Positions 13,180-25,629 of a stretch of DNA of 64,000 nucleotides are shown in pieces (the stretch's first letter is position 1; every line of letters starts with the position of its first letter). Under the pieces are notes generated by a model. That model had not been told where the DNA came from, ran no database searches, and was given only the letters and a program-made list of their open reading frames with translations. The position numbers and the translations under genes were made by a program. Origin of the DNA: Squalus acanthias (Eukaryota); assembly GCA_030390025.1 (NCBI GenBank), contig CM059437.1, positions 13,268,001-13,332,000 on the forward strand. The letters are read 5' to 3'.

Positions 13180-14696
13180 ATGTGAATGTCCCAATCTTTA
13201 TTTATAACATTTATAAAAAAAAGTGAAGGCTAGTTAGTGCATTTTACTTCCTGGTTTGCTGTCTGTGAGAATTCTTCAATGTAATTGGCTCCTTAGCCTG
13301 CTTAATGACATCATTGTTACTGGACACTGGAAATCCCCTAGACTTGGTGCCAGAATCAAATTAACGTCAGGAAAGGTGAAATCAATGCCACAGAGTTTGC
13401 TAGACCTTTGTGGGCAGCTTTCTTTGAGGTCAGTGGTGAGCACCGTCACTTCACCGCTGACCACAAAATCTGGGCCATTAAGTTGACCTAGACAAGCAAG
13501 TCACTTAGTACTGGATCTACATGTAAAGTTGCATTTTAACAAGACAAAAAACATTCAGCTCCATAGAGCCTGATTTTTCGGTGCTATAGGTGCTTTTTTT
13601 CTGTCAAAAATGGCATTCGTGCCGCACGCGCACACTTCTGGTGAGGGCTGTGCCGGACGTCATTTTGGTGAGGGTGAGGTAGGAGCGTGTGCCGGATGTA
13701 TGTAGAATAGGCAGATCATGATATCAAGCAGCGTGCAACGCTGATTTGACGCCAGTGCTGCCATTTTCATCCTCAATGCTGGACCTAACCTCGCACAGTG
13801 GAACATGCGTTCAGCAGCAGCAAGGACCCCACACCAGTGCTATTTAAAGGGATCATCAACTTCTCTCAGGTTAGTTGCTAATTAAATTCTACTGGCTCTG
13901 TGTAAGTTTGCAGAAGTGTTTGGAGCTTTTCAGAGTTGTTTAAAGTTGGTGAGGTGACAGGGAGTGGTGCTGCAAGTGGAGAAGGCCTTGGTTCTGACTT
14001 CAAGGGTTCTAATCAGACCACTTGCTCCCAGTGATGGGAGCTGTAGTTGCCATCCCCCTTGGCCTGCAGCATGACAGGCAGATGGAGCAGAGGCAGCAAA
14101 GAGGACAAGCTGCTCACAGAGGGAGGAGGAGGAGCAGGAAGAGGAAGAAGGAAGAGGAGGAAGAGAAGGAGGAGGAGGAGTAGGAGGAAGGGAGGAGGCA
14201 ACCATCACATCCTGTCTCCAGCAGGGCTGTCCGTGATCACTTCATTCGACTACAGTTCCACTGAACACAAACCCAAATCCCCATTGTGCAACAGTCCCCC
14301 ACCTTCCCTTCCCTCTGTTACTGACCATCACAGCGTCCTCTCGGCCACAATGCTGAAATAAAAGCCACCACAAAACAAACTTTCCAATCCAACTTTGTAC
14401 ATCAATCCATCCAATATTACATAATAAAGTCAAGTAATCACCCCTGTGCATTCCCTTAGTGCCGGTCTTCCTTGTGGCTTTGCCTGTCCTAGTGCTCCTA
14501 CGAAGTGCTACCCCAGTGGCTGCAGCATGGCAGGTGGAAGGCTGCTGACTTTAAGTGGGGGAGACTGCAGATGGCCTTCGAGGATGACCTCGAGCAGCTC
14601 TGGGGCTAGATGGCCCGGCTTTAGTCTGCACCACCTCAGCAAGGGCACTAGCGGAGTGGCAGTGGTGGGAGGATGAATGCTGTCATCCCGAGAGAG

Positions 14697-15017
14697 AAAT
14701 GAGAAGTTGCACAACACCAGGTTATAGTCCAACAGTTTTATTTAAAATTACGAGCTTTCGGAGCTGCTGCCCCTTCGTCAGGTAAAGGTACAGTGAGGGA
14801 ATCTATTACACAGTATATATACACAGAGAGCAATTTGTCTGCAGAGATACAATCTGTTAGGGAGGCATTACATCAAAGACACATCAGAGTGCAGCTAAGA
14901 CAATGAGGTGGGTCACAGGGGGTCCAACGTGTCAAATGCTGCCGTCTGCAGTTGAGCTTTTAACTTTTGGTGTTTTTGGGGGGTTTTTTTTGTGTTTTTT
15001 TTAAACTGGAAAGACAG
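14697..15017 (-). mobile_element. Penelope-like retroelement terminal (pLTR) fragment
   Basis: Interrupts the Myb remnant with a 12-bp near-perfect TSD ATCCC(G/A)AGAGAG (14685-14696, 15018-15029). It carries a hammerhead core followed by AATAAA on the minus strand. Confidence 0.7.
14748..14785 (-). ncRNA. Minimal type I hammerhead ribozyme motif
   Basis: Minus strand reads TTAC-CTGACGA-A-GGGGC-AGCA-GCTCC-GAA-AGCT-C-GTAA. This gives the core CUGANGA/GAAA, stem I TTAC/GTAA, stem II GGGGC/GCTCC and a palindromic stem III AGCT. Confidence 0.7.
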
Positions 15018-17850
15018 ATCCCAAGAGAGGACAGCAGGTTCGTGCTCCATGGAGGCACTGCCACTTCCCCAGGGCAGTGCCTCAGCAATCCTAGTAATCT
15101 GTTGGACAGATTGCTGGGCTGCTGTGACACCCTGCAGGCCCCTTTCAACACTGGTGAACACAGCCATGATGGCAGCAGTCTGAGCTTGCCTGGCAGAAGG
15201 CTGAGCCTGCACGAGAGCAGTCTGAGCTCCTACTGCAGCACTCAAGGCAATGGCTGGCTGCTGCTTGTGATGCAATGGAAGCTGAGACATCGGCCATCAG
15301 ACACTGCATGATCGCTGGAACCACAAATGCGCTAATGGAGTTGCCCATCACTTCCATGCTGGAGATCATGGGCTCCAAGCTCTGCGCAAAGCCCTTTGCA
15401 AGGTTGGTGCCGGACTCCTCCATGCTCCCTGACATTGCACTCAGGCTTTCTGGCAGGCCTACCAATGCACCAAGCATTTCATGGGCATACCCATCGAAGT
15501 CCTCATCGAAGTCCTCTGCAGCAGAACTCGTGTGCGACCTCGCCCTCTGGGGAGCTGGCACCTGCGCTACCCTTTCCCCCGTGCCCTGGCTGCAGGCCAC
15601 TCGTGCCCGTGTCTCACCACGTGCCGATCCCGCGTCTAAGCTATCCTCTAAAGTACATAGAGCGCCAGTAGCTGAGCAGGTGGCTGGGAGTGTGAAATCG
15701 AATGATGGTGCGGTGTCTTCTGCATCACTGCCTTCTTCCTCTTCCATTTCCTGCTCCTCCACCAGTACCTGGCTAGGTGGCAGTTCTAGACTATCTGAAA
15801 GGAGAAATGCACAAGGGTAACGTTGTGCTGAGGTGGGGAGGGGGGGCAGGGGTTGGGAGCAAGAGGTGTATGCTTACACCATGTGCAGCTTGTAAATTAA
15901 GAGAGATTGTGGGATGAGGGGGAAGTGGGATGCGAGAAGGAGAATCACATTTGAAGATACTGTCATCTTGTATTGTTTCAGCCCCACCGCTGGCTCAGCG
16001 ATGGCCCTCCCAATAATGGCCAGCACCGTGTTCTCCAGCAGGGTAAGGTTATGCAAACATGCCTGTCCCCCACCATTTAGGTCCTGCTGGTGTCAGTTGT
16101 AAGCCACCTTGTCCTGTAAGAGAAAGGGGAAGAGTGTCAGTGAGTGTGGTGCAATGTGGTTGGCTGATACGCCTGCCATGGAGGAATAGCTGACTGAGTG
16201 CAAGCTGTGAGATGCGGGTGTGAGGCTTGCAGCAGTGGTAAGTGTGTGACTGTGAGGTGAAGCTATGAATGTGAGGTATGAATCATGTTTGGTAGAGATT
16301 GTTGGTAGGTGAGTGATGGGGGTGTGGTGCATTGAGCAGTGTGCGAGGCTAGTGGTGCAGCTGGTGAGATATGGCATTTGAAGATGAATTCACTGACGTT
16401 GACCATTAGTGTGAGATCATTAAACTTCTTCCTGCTCTGCATCCAGATCCTCAGGGCTACACTGCTGGCGTTGACCACGAGGGCTATCTGCTCCCAATGC
16501 CTTTTCTGAATTTGCCTGGAGGGCCTCCTGCCTGCCCCCCCCCACTCCCCCTATGGAAACAGGACCTCTCTCCTCCTGTCCACCTCCAGTGCTGCATCTA
16601 AAAACTTTAGAGCACACTCTCTCCCCTGCTGTGCCATCAGTACTACTTCTTCCTGCTCACACTCTGTTCCCCAGCCAGTTGAATCACCTGTTGCAGCCAG
16701 AATGCACCTCCCCTTTAAAAGGTGCAGACTGCCTTTAAGAAGTACAGGCTAGCTTTAATTGGTGCTAGCCTTACAAACTTGGGCCCCTCTGCTCAGTGTT
16801 TAGCCACACAGCAGCGCATTCAGAGCTGGGCTGCACGCCACAATCATGTTAATCAGCAGGCCAGCTCAAAGTTGGCGTGCTGTTTGCATTACCTCATACA
16901 AGCGCTTGCTTGTTAATCCCACATCTCGAGCCCCTCACCCATTTTCAGGGGCAATCGAATTTCTAGCCCATTGTTCTGCCATTTTGCTTTATTTTGGTGA
17001 AAGACTGTTTTTCTAGCTTTGTGAAAAGTGACCCAAGTTAGGAATGAATTGGGGTTTTTTTGGTCAAGTTTGTTGCTGTTACACAGTGAACACTGACATT
17101 TTTCTTATACATTGGAACACCTGAGAGAATAATGTGTAACAGTTCAATGTATTGGATGTCTTGCTGGTGGAGCACTGAATTTTAAAATGACTACAAATTC
17201 ACAATATGAATTTAAAAGAAAAAATAATAAACTTACAACAAATTACTAATAAGCTCATATAAGTGGCACTGTACAAACTAAACCAGGAGACACTGGTTCT
17301 TCATTGTTTCTCGACAATTTTTCTTTCCTTCCTTCCACTTCTAAAATCATTGCATTCTTGCTGGGGTATGGTTTCCATGGGCACCAGTCAGCCTCTGGTA
17401 CTTTGCCCAAGTAGCCATTGTTCACATGAGAGTTTTGGCAAATTATTTAACCACAGCAGGCCACAAACCAAGCCTGAAATGGTCCTCATTTAGCACCGAC
17501 ACACGGTAATCCATTGGGATCTGGAATGAGCACTCCGGCTGCTTTTCCCTTCCGTAATCTCAGGAATGGCGGCCAATTCTAGTATCCGACCACCCCGCTG
17601 GCACAGATCAGCTAACTCAGCAAAGACTGAGGAATGGAGCTGGGACATTGCCCGTCTGAACAGAGCAGCTCACTGGGTAAACTTGCTGAGCCATTGAGGG
17701 AGCTTGTCCTCTGTGAACTAGAAATGGATGAAGAGATTTGAAGTACACTGAATCGAAACAGATGAAACAATGGATACATACAAGGCTTTGCTGCATGAAT
17801 TAGGTAATTGTGCACTGTCTTTTCACCTCTGGGACCTGGATTTGAACTCA

Positions 17851-18264
17851 ACAAAAAGACTTGCATTTCTATAGCGCCTTTCACGACCACCGGACATCCC
17901 AAAGCACTTTACAGCCAATGAAGTACTTTTTGAAGTGCAGTCACTGTTGTAATGTAGGAAACTTGGCAGCCAATTTGCGCACAGCAAGCTCCCACAAACA
18001 GCAATGAGATAATGACCAGATAAATCTGTTTTTAGTGATGTCGATTGAGGGATAAATATTTACCAAGACACCAGGGATAACTTCCCTGCTCTTCTTCAAA
18101 ATAGTGCCACGGGATCTTTTACGTCCACCTGAGAGGGCAGACGGGGCCTCGGCTTAACATCTCATTCGAAAGACGGAACCTCGCTCAGCACGGCACTGGA
18201 GGGTCAGCCTAGATTTTTGTGGTCAAGTCTCTGGAGTGGGACTTGATCCCACAACCTTCTGACT
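17851..18264 (-). mobile_element. DeuSINE/SacSINE1-like SINE
   Basis: Reverse complement of the 31961 copy, including the Deu core and tail. Confidence 0.85.
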
Positions 18265-19725
18265 GAATGATGTAATAAATGTCTCCTGTTTCTGATATCT
18301 GCAGGGTATCAAACTAAACAAAATGGGTTTGGGTAGTCTTATTGCAGTTCTTAATACATGTGAGTCTTCTGCATTATACTGTTTATAATGGTTATTAGCT
18401 GGTCGTCTATTTTAGAGAAGGCACAGCGATGGGTGATGTGGGAAATGGAAATGCTACACTGATGCAGTATGGAGTTTTCTGCTGATCCTACGATTAAGAT
18501 GCGCTGTTGGGGGAGAGCAGGAGGAGCTTTATTCTGCAACTAACCCGTGTTCTGAATCAGGAGTACTAGTTTTCATTCCGTGGCACTGACATCAACAACT
18601 TGACAAACATTCAACTCACCATGAAGTAAAAAGAAGCTGTGTTCAAATTCACAGCCTAAAATGTAGAAAGAAAGAATTTGCATTATATAGGATCCTCAGA
18701 ACATCCCAAAACAGAGACAATAAAACATTTAAAAAGTGTAGGGCAATGGGAGATCGCCTTGCTCTTCTTCAAATAGTGCCACGGGAATCTTTTACTTCTA
18801 CTTGAACAGGTTTAATGTCTGACATTTGGGTGACAGAAGCTGACACAAGAATATTACTAACTGAGCCAAACCAAAGAACCTCCATAGGTCAGGACTGGGA
18901 CCATTAGTGGCTGCAATTGTACTTCTGTTTTTAACCACAATTAGATGAAAGAACAGGTTTTCTATAAAGGCTGCACTGAATAAGTCGCAATAACCTTTTA
19001 ATCCTGATCAATTTACACAAAAGAAATTCTTCAATCAAAATTGTTTGAAGAGTTTTCTAAAAAGAGAGACTTTTTAACTATCTCCTCATCACCCTGAACA
19101 CATTACATCACAATGATATCTGTAAAAGGAGTCTCTTTTTGTTTCAGTAATTTACTAAGGAAATCCTTCTGCTGGGTGTTGCGGGTGTTGGGAAGACATT
19201 CAATTTGAAACATTACTATTTTTCTCCACAACCCATCAGTATATGGTGCAGAACACCTGGGGAAAGGGCTGTCTTAGAAACACCACCAACAGCTGACATT
19301 TATATACAATCTATTAAACTTTAAAATAAATTAGAGTTGGTCTTTAATCTCTCCACTATCTACTTTGGATGGTTTCTGACAGCGTGGAACAGCTCAATGG
19401 GGAAAAAATTTGGTTGCTTTGTGCCTCCCGTTAGTGCCCTAAGGCGGCGCTAATGGGGCGCAAAGCAACTAGCGCCCGGGCGCAGCGATGTTTGCACCAC
19501 TCGCAGCGATGTTTGCACCACTCGCGAAATTGACTAGAGTTTTTGCGGTGGCGCCAAAGTCTACCGCCCCGATCTCCTGCGCCCGCAGATCGTGACGTCA
19601 GTCGAACGTGCAACACCCCGGTGGCGCCCTGGACCGGATATTGAGTGGCACCCCTCTCCTTTCCGCCTGCCGCAAGCAACGACAGGGAGACTGGAACGTT
19701 TTCCAGTTGGTGAGGGGCTTGGGGC

Positions 19726-19756
<31 letters not shown>

Positions 19757-20019
19757 AGGCACTATTTAAAGGCGCCCTCTTCCTGCCTTTTTTTGTGGTA
19801 GACATTTTTGCACCACTCATTCTGACAGAGAGAGAGAGAGACACTTCTGCACAGAGTCAACGCTGTGTGAAGTAGTTTTGGCTACTGAGCATCACTTTGC
19901 AGGTTCTTTCGGATTTGACCTTCATTACTTCGATTGTCAAGCGACTATGGGGGCTGCACTGATTCAGGGCGTCGTCCTGCGCCTGGTGAAATCGGAGGCA
20001 ACAGAGACGCAAAGAGAGA

Positions 20020-21081
20020 GTGGCAATCATGGCCAGACGGAGGAGAGCCAACAGGCCTCTGCACAGGAGACCTTACCCTCCCAGGGTATTCCGGGAACAA
20101 TTCTCCTACATTCATTTGTCTGAGGAGCAGTGTTTGCGCAGGCTGCGCTTCAGCAAGGAGGTGGTCACTGAGCTCTGCCACCTGCTGCAGCCAGATCTGC
20201 AGCCTCAACTGAGGACCAGGACATCTCTGTCAGTGGCAGTGAAGATCACAGTGGCTATGAATTTTTATGCCACCAGCTCCTTTCAAGCAGCTACTGGGGA
20301 CATCACCAATATCTCCCAGTTCACGGTCCATTACTGTATCCAGCAGGTCACAAATGCCCTCTATAAAAGGAGACGCCAGTACATCTCTTTCCCGATGACC
20401 CGGGCCAAACAGCATGAATGCGCATTGGGCTTTGCGAGGATAGCGGGCTTCCCCATGGTGCAGGGCGCCATTGACTGCACGCATGTGGTATTGAGGGCAC
20501 CGCATGAGAATGCAGAGGTTTCCCAAAACCGCAAGGGGTTCCACTCCTTAAATGTCCAGTTGGTCTGTGACCACAGACAGCTGATACTCGCTGTCAATGC
20601 CCGCTATCCTGGCAGTAGCCACGATGCTTTCATCCTGCGCCAGACTGGTGTGCCAGACCTTTTCCAGGCACCGCATCAGCCAAGTGGTTGGCTCTTCGGG
20701 GACAAGGGTTATCCACTCTGCACCTGGCTGATGATACCGCTCCGTAATCCCAACACCCCTGCTGAGCTGCGGTACAATGAGAGCCATCTCGCCACCAGGA
20801 ACATCATTGAGCAGACGATCAGTGTGCTCAAGCAATGGTTCCGCTGTCTGGACCACTCAGGAGGAGCCCTGCAGTACTCGCCTGAGCGAGTTTCCCTCTT
20901 CATAGTTGTGTGCTGCATTCTTCATAACCTGGCAATCCTCAGGACCCAGCCAATGCCACCAGGCCTTGGAGCACCACCGGAGGAGGAGGATGATCAGCAG
21001 CAGCACCAAGGCGGGAGGGAGGCCCACAATGTTGAAACTGCAAGGGCCGTCCGTCAACGACTGATAACAAGCCGCTTCTAG
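20020..21081 (+). CDS. Harbinger (HARBI1-like, DDE_Tnp_4) transposase
   Basis: 353-aa open frame with GAIDCTH, NRKGFHSLNVQLVCD, YPGSSHDAFIL, GDKGYP, YNESH..TRNIIEQ and CCILHN; the D-D-E triad is present. The first in-frame ATG is at 20029; an out-of-frame MGAALI start lies at 19947. Confidence 0.92.
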   Translation: MAIMARRRRANRPLHRRPYPPRVFREQFSYIHLSEEQCLRRLRFSKEVVTELCHLLQPDLQPQLRTRTSLSVAVKITVAMNFYATSSFQAATGDITNISQFTVHYCIQQVTNALYKRRRQYISFPMTRAKQHECALGFARIAGFPMVQGAIDCTHVVLRAPHENAEVSQNRKGFHSLNVQLVCDHRQLILAVNARYPGSSHDAFILRQTGVPDLFQAPHQPSGWLFGDKGYPLCTWLMIPLRNPNTPAELRYNESHLATRNIIEQTISVLKQWFRCLDHSGGALQYSPERVSLFIVVCCILHNLAILRTQPMPPGLGAPPEEEDDQQQHQGGREAHNVETARAVRQRLITSRF

Positions 21082-21331
21082 GCCCCTACTCAGGCAATGG
21101 CTTCTGGCATGGAGAACAACATGAATGAAAGCAACCCGTAACCCCAAAGCCGGCCAAGGCAGCAATGATTCCAAAGGCCAAACATGTACATTTTGAATAC
21201 AAAACTATTTTTATTTTACAAACTGTGTGTGTGTCATTTCTTCATGACAAACTAATAGAAAAAAACACAAAACATCATTAATTAAAATAACTGGTTCTCA
21301 CGACCTGGAGATAATGTCCAAAACACTAAAC

Positions 21332-21569
21332 TGTTGAGGCTGCCGCGAAACACGAATTAAGGCTGAATCCATTTGTGTTAAACAAGAGACTTTTTAATCA
21401 CAGCATGGCACAAAATGGCAGACTGAAAAGCTCCCAGAATTCCCTGGGTAAAACCTGAGGCCCCGCCCCCTTCTGCCTTAAAGGTAAGGTGCCTTAAAGG
21501 GAAGGTGCTGGAAATTTGTCCACAGACAGAAGAGTGGATTATGCCCGTTTTAGGTGGCGATCCGCCACA
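21332..21569 (-). repeat. 3' LTR (238 bp)
   Basis: Direct repeat of 25409-25629 with an extra 16-bp duplication. Preceded on the minus strand by the PPT GGGGGGAGCTG. Confidence 0.95.
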
Positions 21570-21589
21570 CAGCTCCCCCCAGAATCCGC

Positions 21590-24500
21590 TTAGGAGGTGT
21601 GGACGAGACGGTGCGGCGGTCTGATGGGCCGGCCGGAGCGGCTCTTGTAGGACGCCGGTGGACGTGGAATGGCCGGGCGTGGAGCAGCCGGGTGAACCGG
21701 CTTGAGGGCAGGCCGGCCGCGTGGAGGTGGACGAGCTACAGGGACCTGCTCACCGGGCTCCGAGTGTGCTGGCTTGAGTCGGTCAACCGACACTTTTTCG
21801 GTCCTGTCGCCCACTTGCAGGGTGAAAAATTTGTCCCCAGCCTGTAGCACCTTGTAGGGCCCGTCGTACGGGGGTTGAAGGGGTCCGCGGTGGGCGTCGT
21901 GCCGGATGAAAACAAACCGTGCCTGGTGCAGGCTTAGTGGGACGTGTGAGGTGGATTCGCCGTGTCGGGCAATGGGCACCGGGTTGAACTGCAGCGCCGG
22001 TGAGGCGAAGTCGTGGCGTTGCTGGTCGGCTGACCAGGGTGTCGTGGCGGTGGGCAGGAACTCGCCGAGTACGCGCAGCGGCTGACCGTACACGAGCTCT
22101 GCTGCCGATGCGTGGAGGTCTTCTTTAACCACGGTGCGCAGGCAGAGGAGGACCCACGGAAGTCGGTCGGTCGGTCCAGGCGCTGTCTTGGAGGCTGGCT
22201 CGAAGAGATGCCTTCAAGGATCTGTGGAACCGCTCACACAGTCCGTTGGCTTGGGGGTGGTATGCTGTGGTGCGGTGAATGGTCACCCCGAGATTGCGTG
22301 CCACGGCGGTCCAGAGTTCAGAGGTAAATTGCGGACCTCTGTCCGACGTCATGTCGGAGGGGACACCGAACCGTGCGACCCAGGTGCTGACGAAGGCTCT
22401 GGCGATGTCGGCGATGGTGGTAGAGGTCAGTGGAATTGCCTCAGGCCAGCGTGTGGTGCGGTCAACGATGGTCAGCAAGTGAGTGTGGCCTTGCGACGGT
22501 GGCAGGGGCCAGACGATGTCCACGTGGATGTGGTTGAATCTCCGTGAGGGGACGGTAAACTCCTCGAGGGGTGCTTTCGTGTGTTGCTGTACCTTGGCCC
22601 GTTGGCAGACTAGGCAGGAGTTGGCCCAAGTACGCACATCCTTGCGAAGGCCGCGCCAGACAAAGCGGTTGGCTACCAATTTGATGGATGCGCGGGCGCC
22701 GGGGTGGGAGAGGTTGTGGAGAATGTCGACTACCCGGCGGCGCCAGGACGCTGGGCCGAGGTTGACATAGGGATATGTCGCACTTGACCGTGACTGCGGT
22801 CGGGCCACAGGCGACGTCGGCCAGGCGTAGCCCTGGTAGGTTGGTGGGTGTGGAGAGCAGATCAGGGTCGGTGATCTGGTCTGCTGCGAGTTGAGCGTAG
22901 TCGACTGCTAGGTGTGCGGCGTGGATGGCGGGGCGGGAGAGGCAGTCGGCTACCACATTGTCTCGGCCGGAGACGTGTTGGATGTCTGTGGTGAACTCGG
23001 ACACTGCCGCGAGCTGGCGCTGCTGCCTGGCGGACCAGGGGTCGGTTGTTTTTGCCATTGCGAATGTCAGGGGCTTGTGGTCGACAAACGCAGTGAAGGG
23101 GTGGCCCTCAAGCAAAAACCGGAAATGGCGGACCGCCAGGAACAGCGCGAGGAGCTCGCGGTCGAAGGTGCTGTACTTGACCTCCGGGGGGGCGTAGTTG
23201 GCGGCTGAAGAAGGCAAGTGGTTGCCAGGCGCCGTCGACCCACTGCTCATACACGGCGCCGACCGCGTGGTCGGAGGCGTCCATGGTGAGCGCTACCCTG
23301 GCATTGGGCCGTGGGTGCGCGAGCAGGGTGGCGTTGGTGAGCGCGGTCTTGGTGGAGTCGAAGGCGGCGGACGCGTCTGCCGTCCATTCGACCGCCATCT
23401 TGCCGCTCCTGCCCCGGAGGGCTTCATACAGGGGCCTCATGAGGGACGCCGCTATGGGGATGAAGCGGTTATAGAAATTCACCATCCCGAGGAACTCATG
23501 AGGCCTTTGATGGTGGTGGGGCGGGGAAATTGTTGGACGGCCTGCACCTTGGTGGGCAGGTGAATGGCCCCAGCATGGGTGATGTGGTGGCTGTGGAAGT
23601 CGATCTTGTCCAGGCCGAACTGGCATTTGGCTGGGCTGAGGATCAGCCCGTGGTCGCTGAGGCACCCGAACAGGATGCGAAGGTGTTCGAGGTGTTCCTG
23701 CTTGGAGGAACTGGCTACCAGGATGTCGTCCAGGTAGACGAACAGGAACTTCAGGTCCCGAAGGACCGAGTCCATGAGCCGTTGGAATGCCTGGGCCGCG
23801 TTTTTGAGGCCGAAGGGCATCCGCAGGAAGTCGAACAGGCCGAATGGGGTGATTACGGCCGTCTTGGGGGACGTCCGCGAGGTGGACGGGGACTTGGTAG
23901 TAGCCGCGCACCAGGTCGACCTTGGAAAAGACTGAGCGGCCGGCCAGTCTAGCCGAGAAGTCCTGAATGTGCGGCACGGGGTACCGATCAGGGGTGGTGG
24001 CGTCATTGAGGCGGCGGTAATCCCCGCAGGGGTGCCAACCTCCGCCTGGTTTGGGAGCGATGTGGAGTGGGGAGGCCCAGGGACTGTTGGAGCGGCGGAT
24101 GATGCTGAGCTGTTCAATGGTGGCAAACTCGGTCCGCGCGATCTCCAGTTTGGCCGGGTCCAGCCTGCGGGCGTGGGCGTACACTGGGGGGCCTGTGGTG
24201 GGGATGAAGTGTTCCACCCCATGTTTGGCGGCCTCCGCGGAGAAGGTCGGATTGGTAAGGGCCGGGAATTCGGCCAGGAGTGCCGAGTAGTCATCCGTGG
24301 CCCGGGCGTGGCACTGTGACGCCATGTCGGCGGGTTGACGGGGGGCCATGGCGCCCAGGATGGGGGACATGGTGTTCATGTCCACGAGGCGGTGACGAGG
24401 GATGTCTACCAGTAAGCCGTGGGCACGCAAGAAATCTGCGCCGATGAGGGGGGAGAGCACCTTGGCAGTGATGAACTCCCATCGGTAGCGGTGACCAGCG

Positions 24501-25370
24501 AGGTCAAGGGTGACTGTCCGGGTGCCATACGTCCGGATTTCCTCATTCGCCCATTTGGATGTCGAGGGAGGAGGCCGGGATGATGCTGTGCTGAGCCCTA
24601 GTGTCGCACAGGAACCGGCGGCCGGTTTTGTCATCCGTGACGAACAGCAGGGAGTCCGCATGGCCCACAGCCATCGCGGGGGCTGGAACGGAGGCGGACT
24701 TGAAAGAGCAGGGAGGTGTGCACCGTTGTGCCCTGGCGCCGAACCGTGCGTGGTAGTAACAGTGGCCCGGGTTAGTGGGGCGTGAAGGCCCCGTGGGCCT
24801 GGTGACAAGCCCTTGTGGCCGTGTGCTGGATGGTGAGGGGCGCGCCCAGGCATTGGCTACCAGGTCCGGAGTGACGTCGCGGCTGGAGTGAGCGGACAGC
24901 AGCTTGTCGGCCTCATCGGCCAAGGCTTCCAGGTTCGTGAGCCCGGACGCCACGATCGCTGGGCGGATGCTGAGAGGGAGCTGGCGGATGAACAGCGTGC
25001 GGAAGAGGGATCCAGGTGGGCTCTCGTCGGTGAGGGAGAGCATGTGGGAGAGGAGGTCTGACGGTGAGGCATCACCGAGGCCTGGAAGGTCGAGGAGGTG
25101 GCAGTTTCGCTGATATGCCGAGGTCGTAAATTTTTTAAGGAGCGCTGTCCTGAGATGTGCGTACTTGCCTTCCTCTGGTGGGTTCTGTAGCGTTGTCCAA
25201 ACCTTGGAAACTGCGGCGCTACCGAGTGATGTGACGAGATAGTCGTACTTCGTCCCATCTGTGGTGATATTTCGCAGCCGGAAGCGAGATTCAGCTTGGA
25301 GAAACCAGGCTTCGGGCTGGTTTTCCCAAAACTCCGGCAGTTTCACGGAAACTGCGTTCGTGTCCGCCAT
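21590..25370 (-). pseudogene. Gypsy gag-pol polyprotein, frameshifted
   Basis: Gag: VKLPEFW..PEAWF and CYYH-x9-CTPPC. Protease: FLCDTR. RT: MPFGLKNA and VYLDDILV. RNase H: DASDHAVGAV, DRELLA and DHKPL. Integrase: HHCC, HVDIV, SDRGPQF, ERFHR and a GPY motif. The coding sequence is split over several frames. Confidence 0.93.
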
Positions 25371-25393
25371 TGCAGTGCTCAGAATACTTTGAG

Positions 25394-25407
25394 CGTCGGG
25401 GTCACCA
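25394..25407 (-). other. Primer-binding site complementary to the tRNA-Trp 3' end
   Basis: TGGTGACCCCGACG lies 1 nt inside the 5' LTR. Vertebrate tRNA-Trp ends ...CGUCGGGGUCACCA. Confidence 0.85.
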
Positions 25408-25408
25408 A

Positions 25409-25629
25409 TGTTGAGGCTGCCGCGAAACACGAATTAAGGCTGAATCCATTTGTGTTAAACAAGAGACTTTTTAATCACAGCATGGCACAAAATGGCAGAC
25501 TGAAAAGCTCCAGAATTCCCTGGGTAAAACCTGAGGCCCTGCCCCCTTCTGCCTTAAAGGTAAGGTGCCAGAAATTTGTCCACAGACGGAAGAGTGGATT
25601 ATGCCCGTTTTAGGTGGCGATCCGCCACA
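25409..25629 (-). repeat. 5' LTR (221 bp)
   Basis: Near-identical to 21332-21569. Confidence 0.95.

Larger units (their letters stand above)
8748..13476. mobile_element. Harbinger-type MITE hosting the RTE insertion
   Basis: TIR GGCCTGGATTTTGCGG / CCACAAAATCTGGGCC with flanks ATA/ATT. A related fragment lies at ~46730-47150. Confidence 0.7.
13566..16969. mobile_element. Non-autonomous Harbinger derivative with decayed Myb/SANT gene (-) and transposase stub (+)
   Basis: The right end GAATTTCTAGCCC is TIR-like. Minus-strand exons include WEQIALVVNASSVALRIWMQSRKKFNDL and DKVAYN...GGG...LTLLE. The MGAVVAIP stub starts at ~14034 and no DDE core is present. Confidence 0.75.
21332..25629 (-). mobile_element. 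Ty3/Gypsy LTR retrotransposon, CsRn1-like clade
   Basis: TG...CA LTRs, 4-bp TSD AAAC (21328-21331, 25630-25633), tRNA-Trp PBS, PPT and gag-PR-RT-RH-IN order. Confidence 0.95.

Noticed and set aside
20020-21081. Domesticated host gene HARBI1
   Set aside because: The ORF lies inside TIRs with a TSD and is paired with a Myb gene, so it is a transposon copy.
21554-25258. Many overlapping ORFs on both strands within the Gypsy
   Set aside because: By-products of high GC content and frameshifted pol; no independent motifs.
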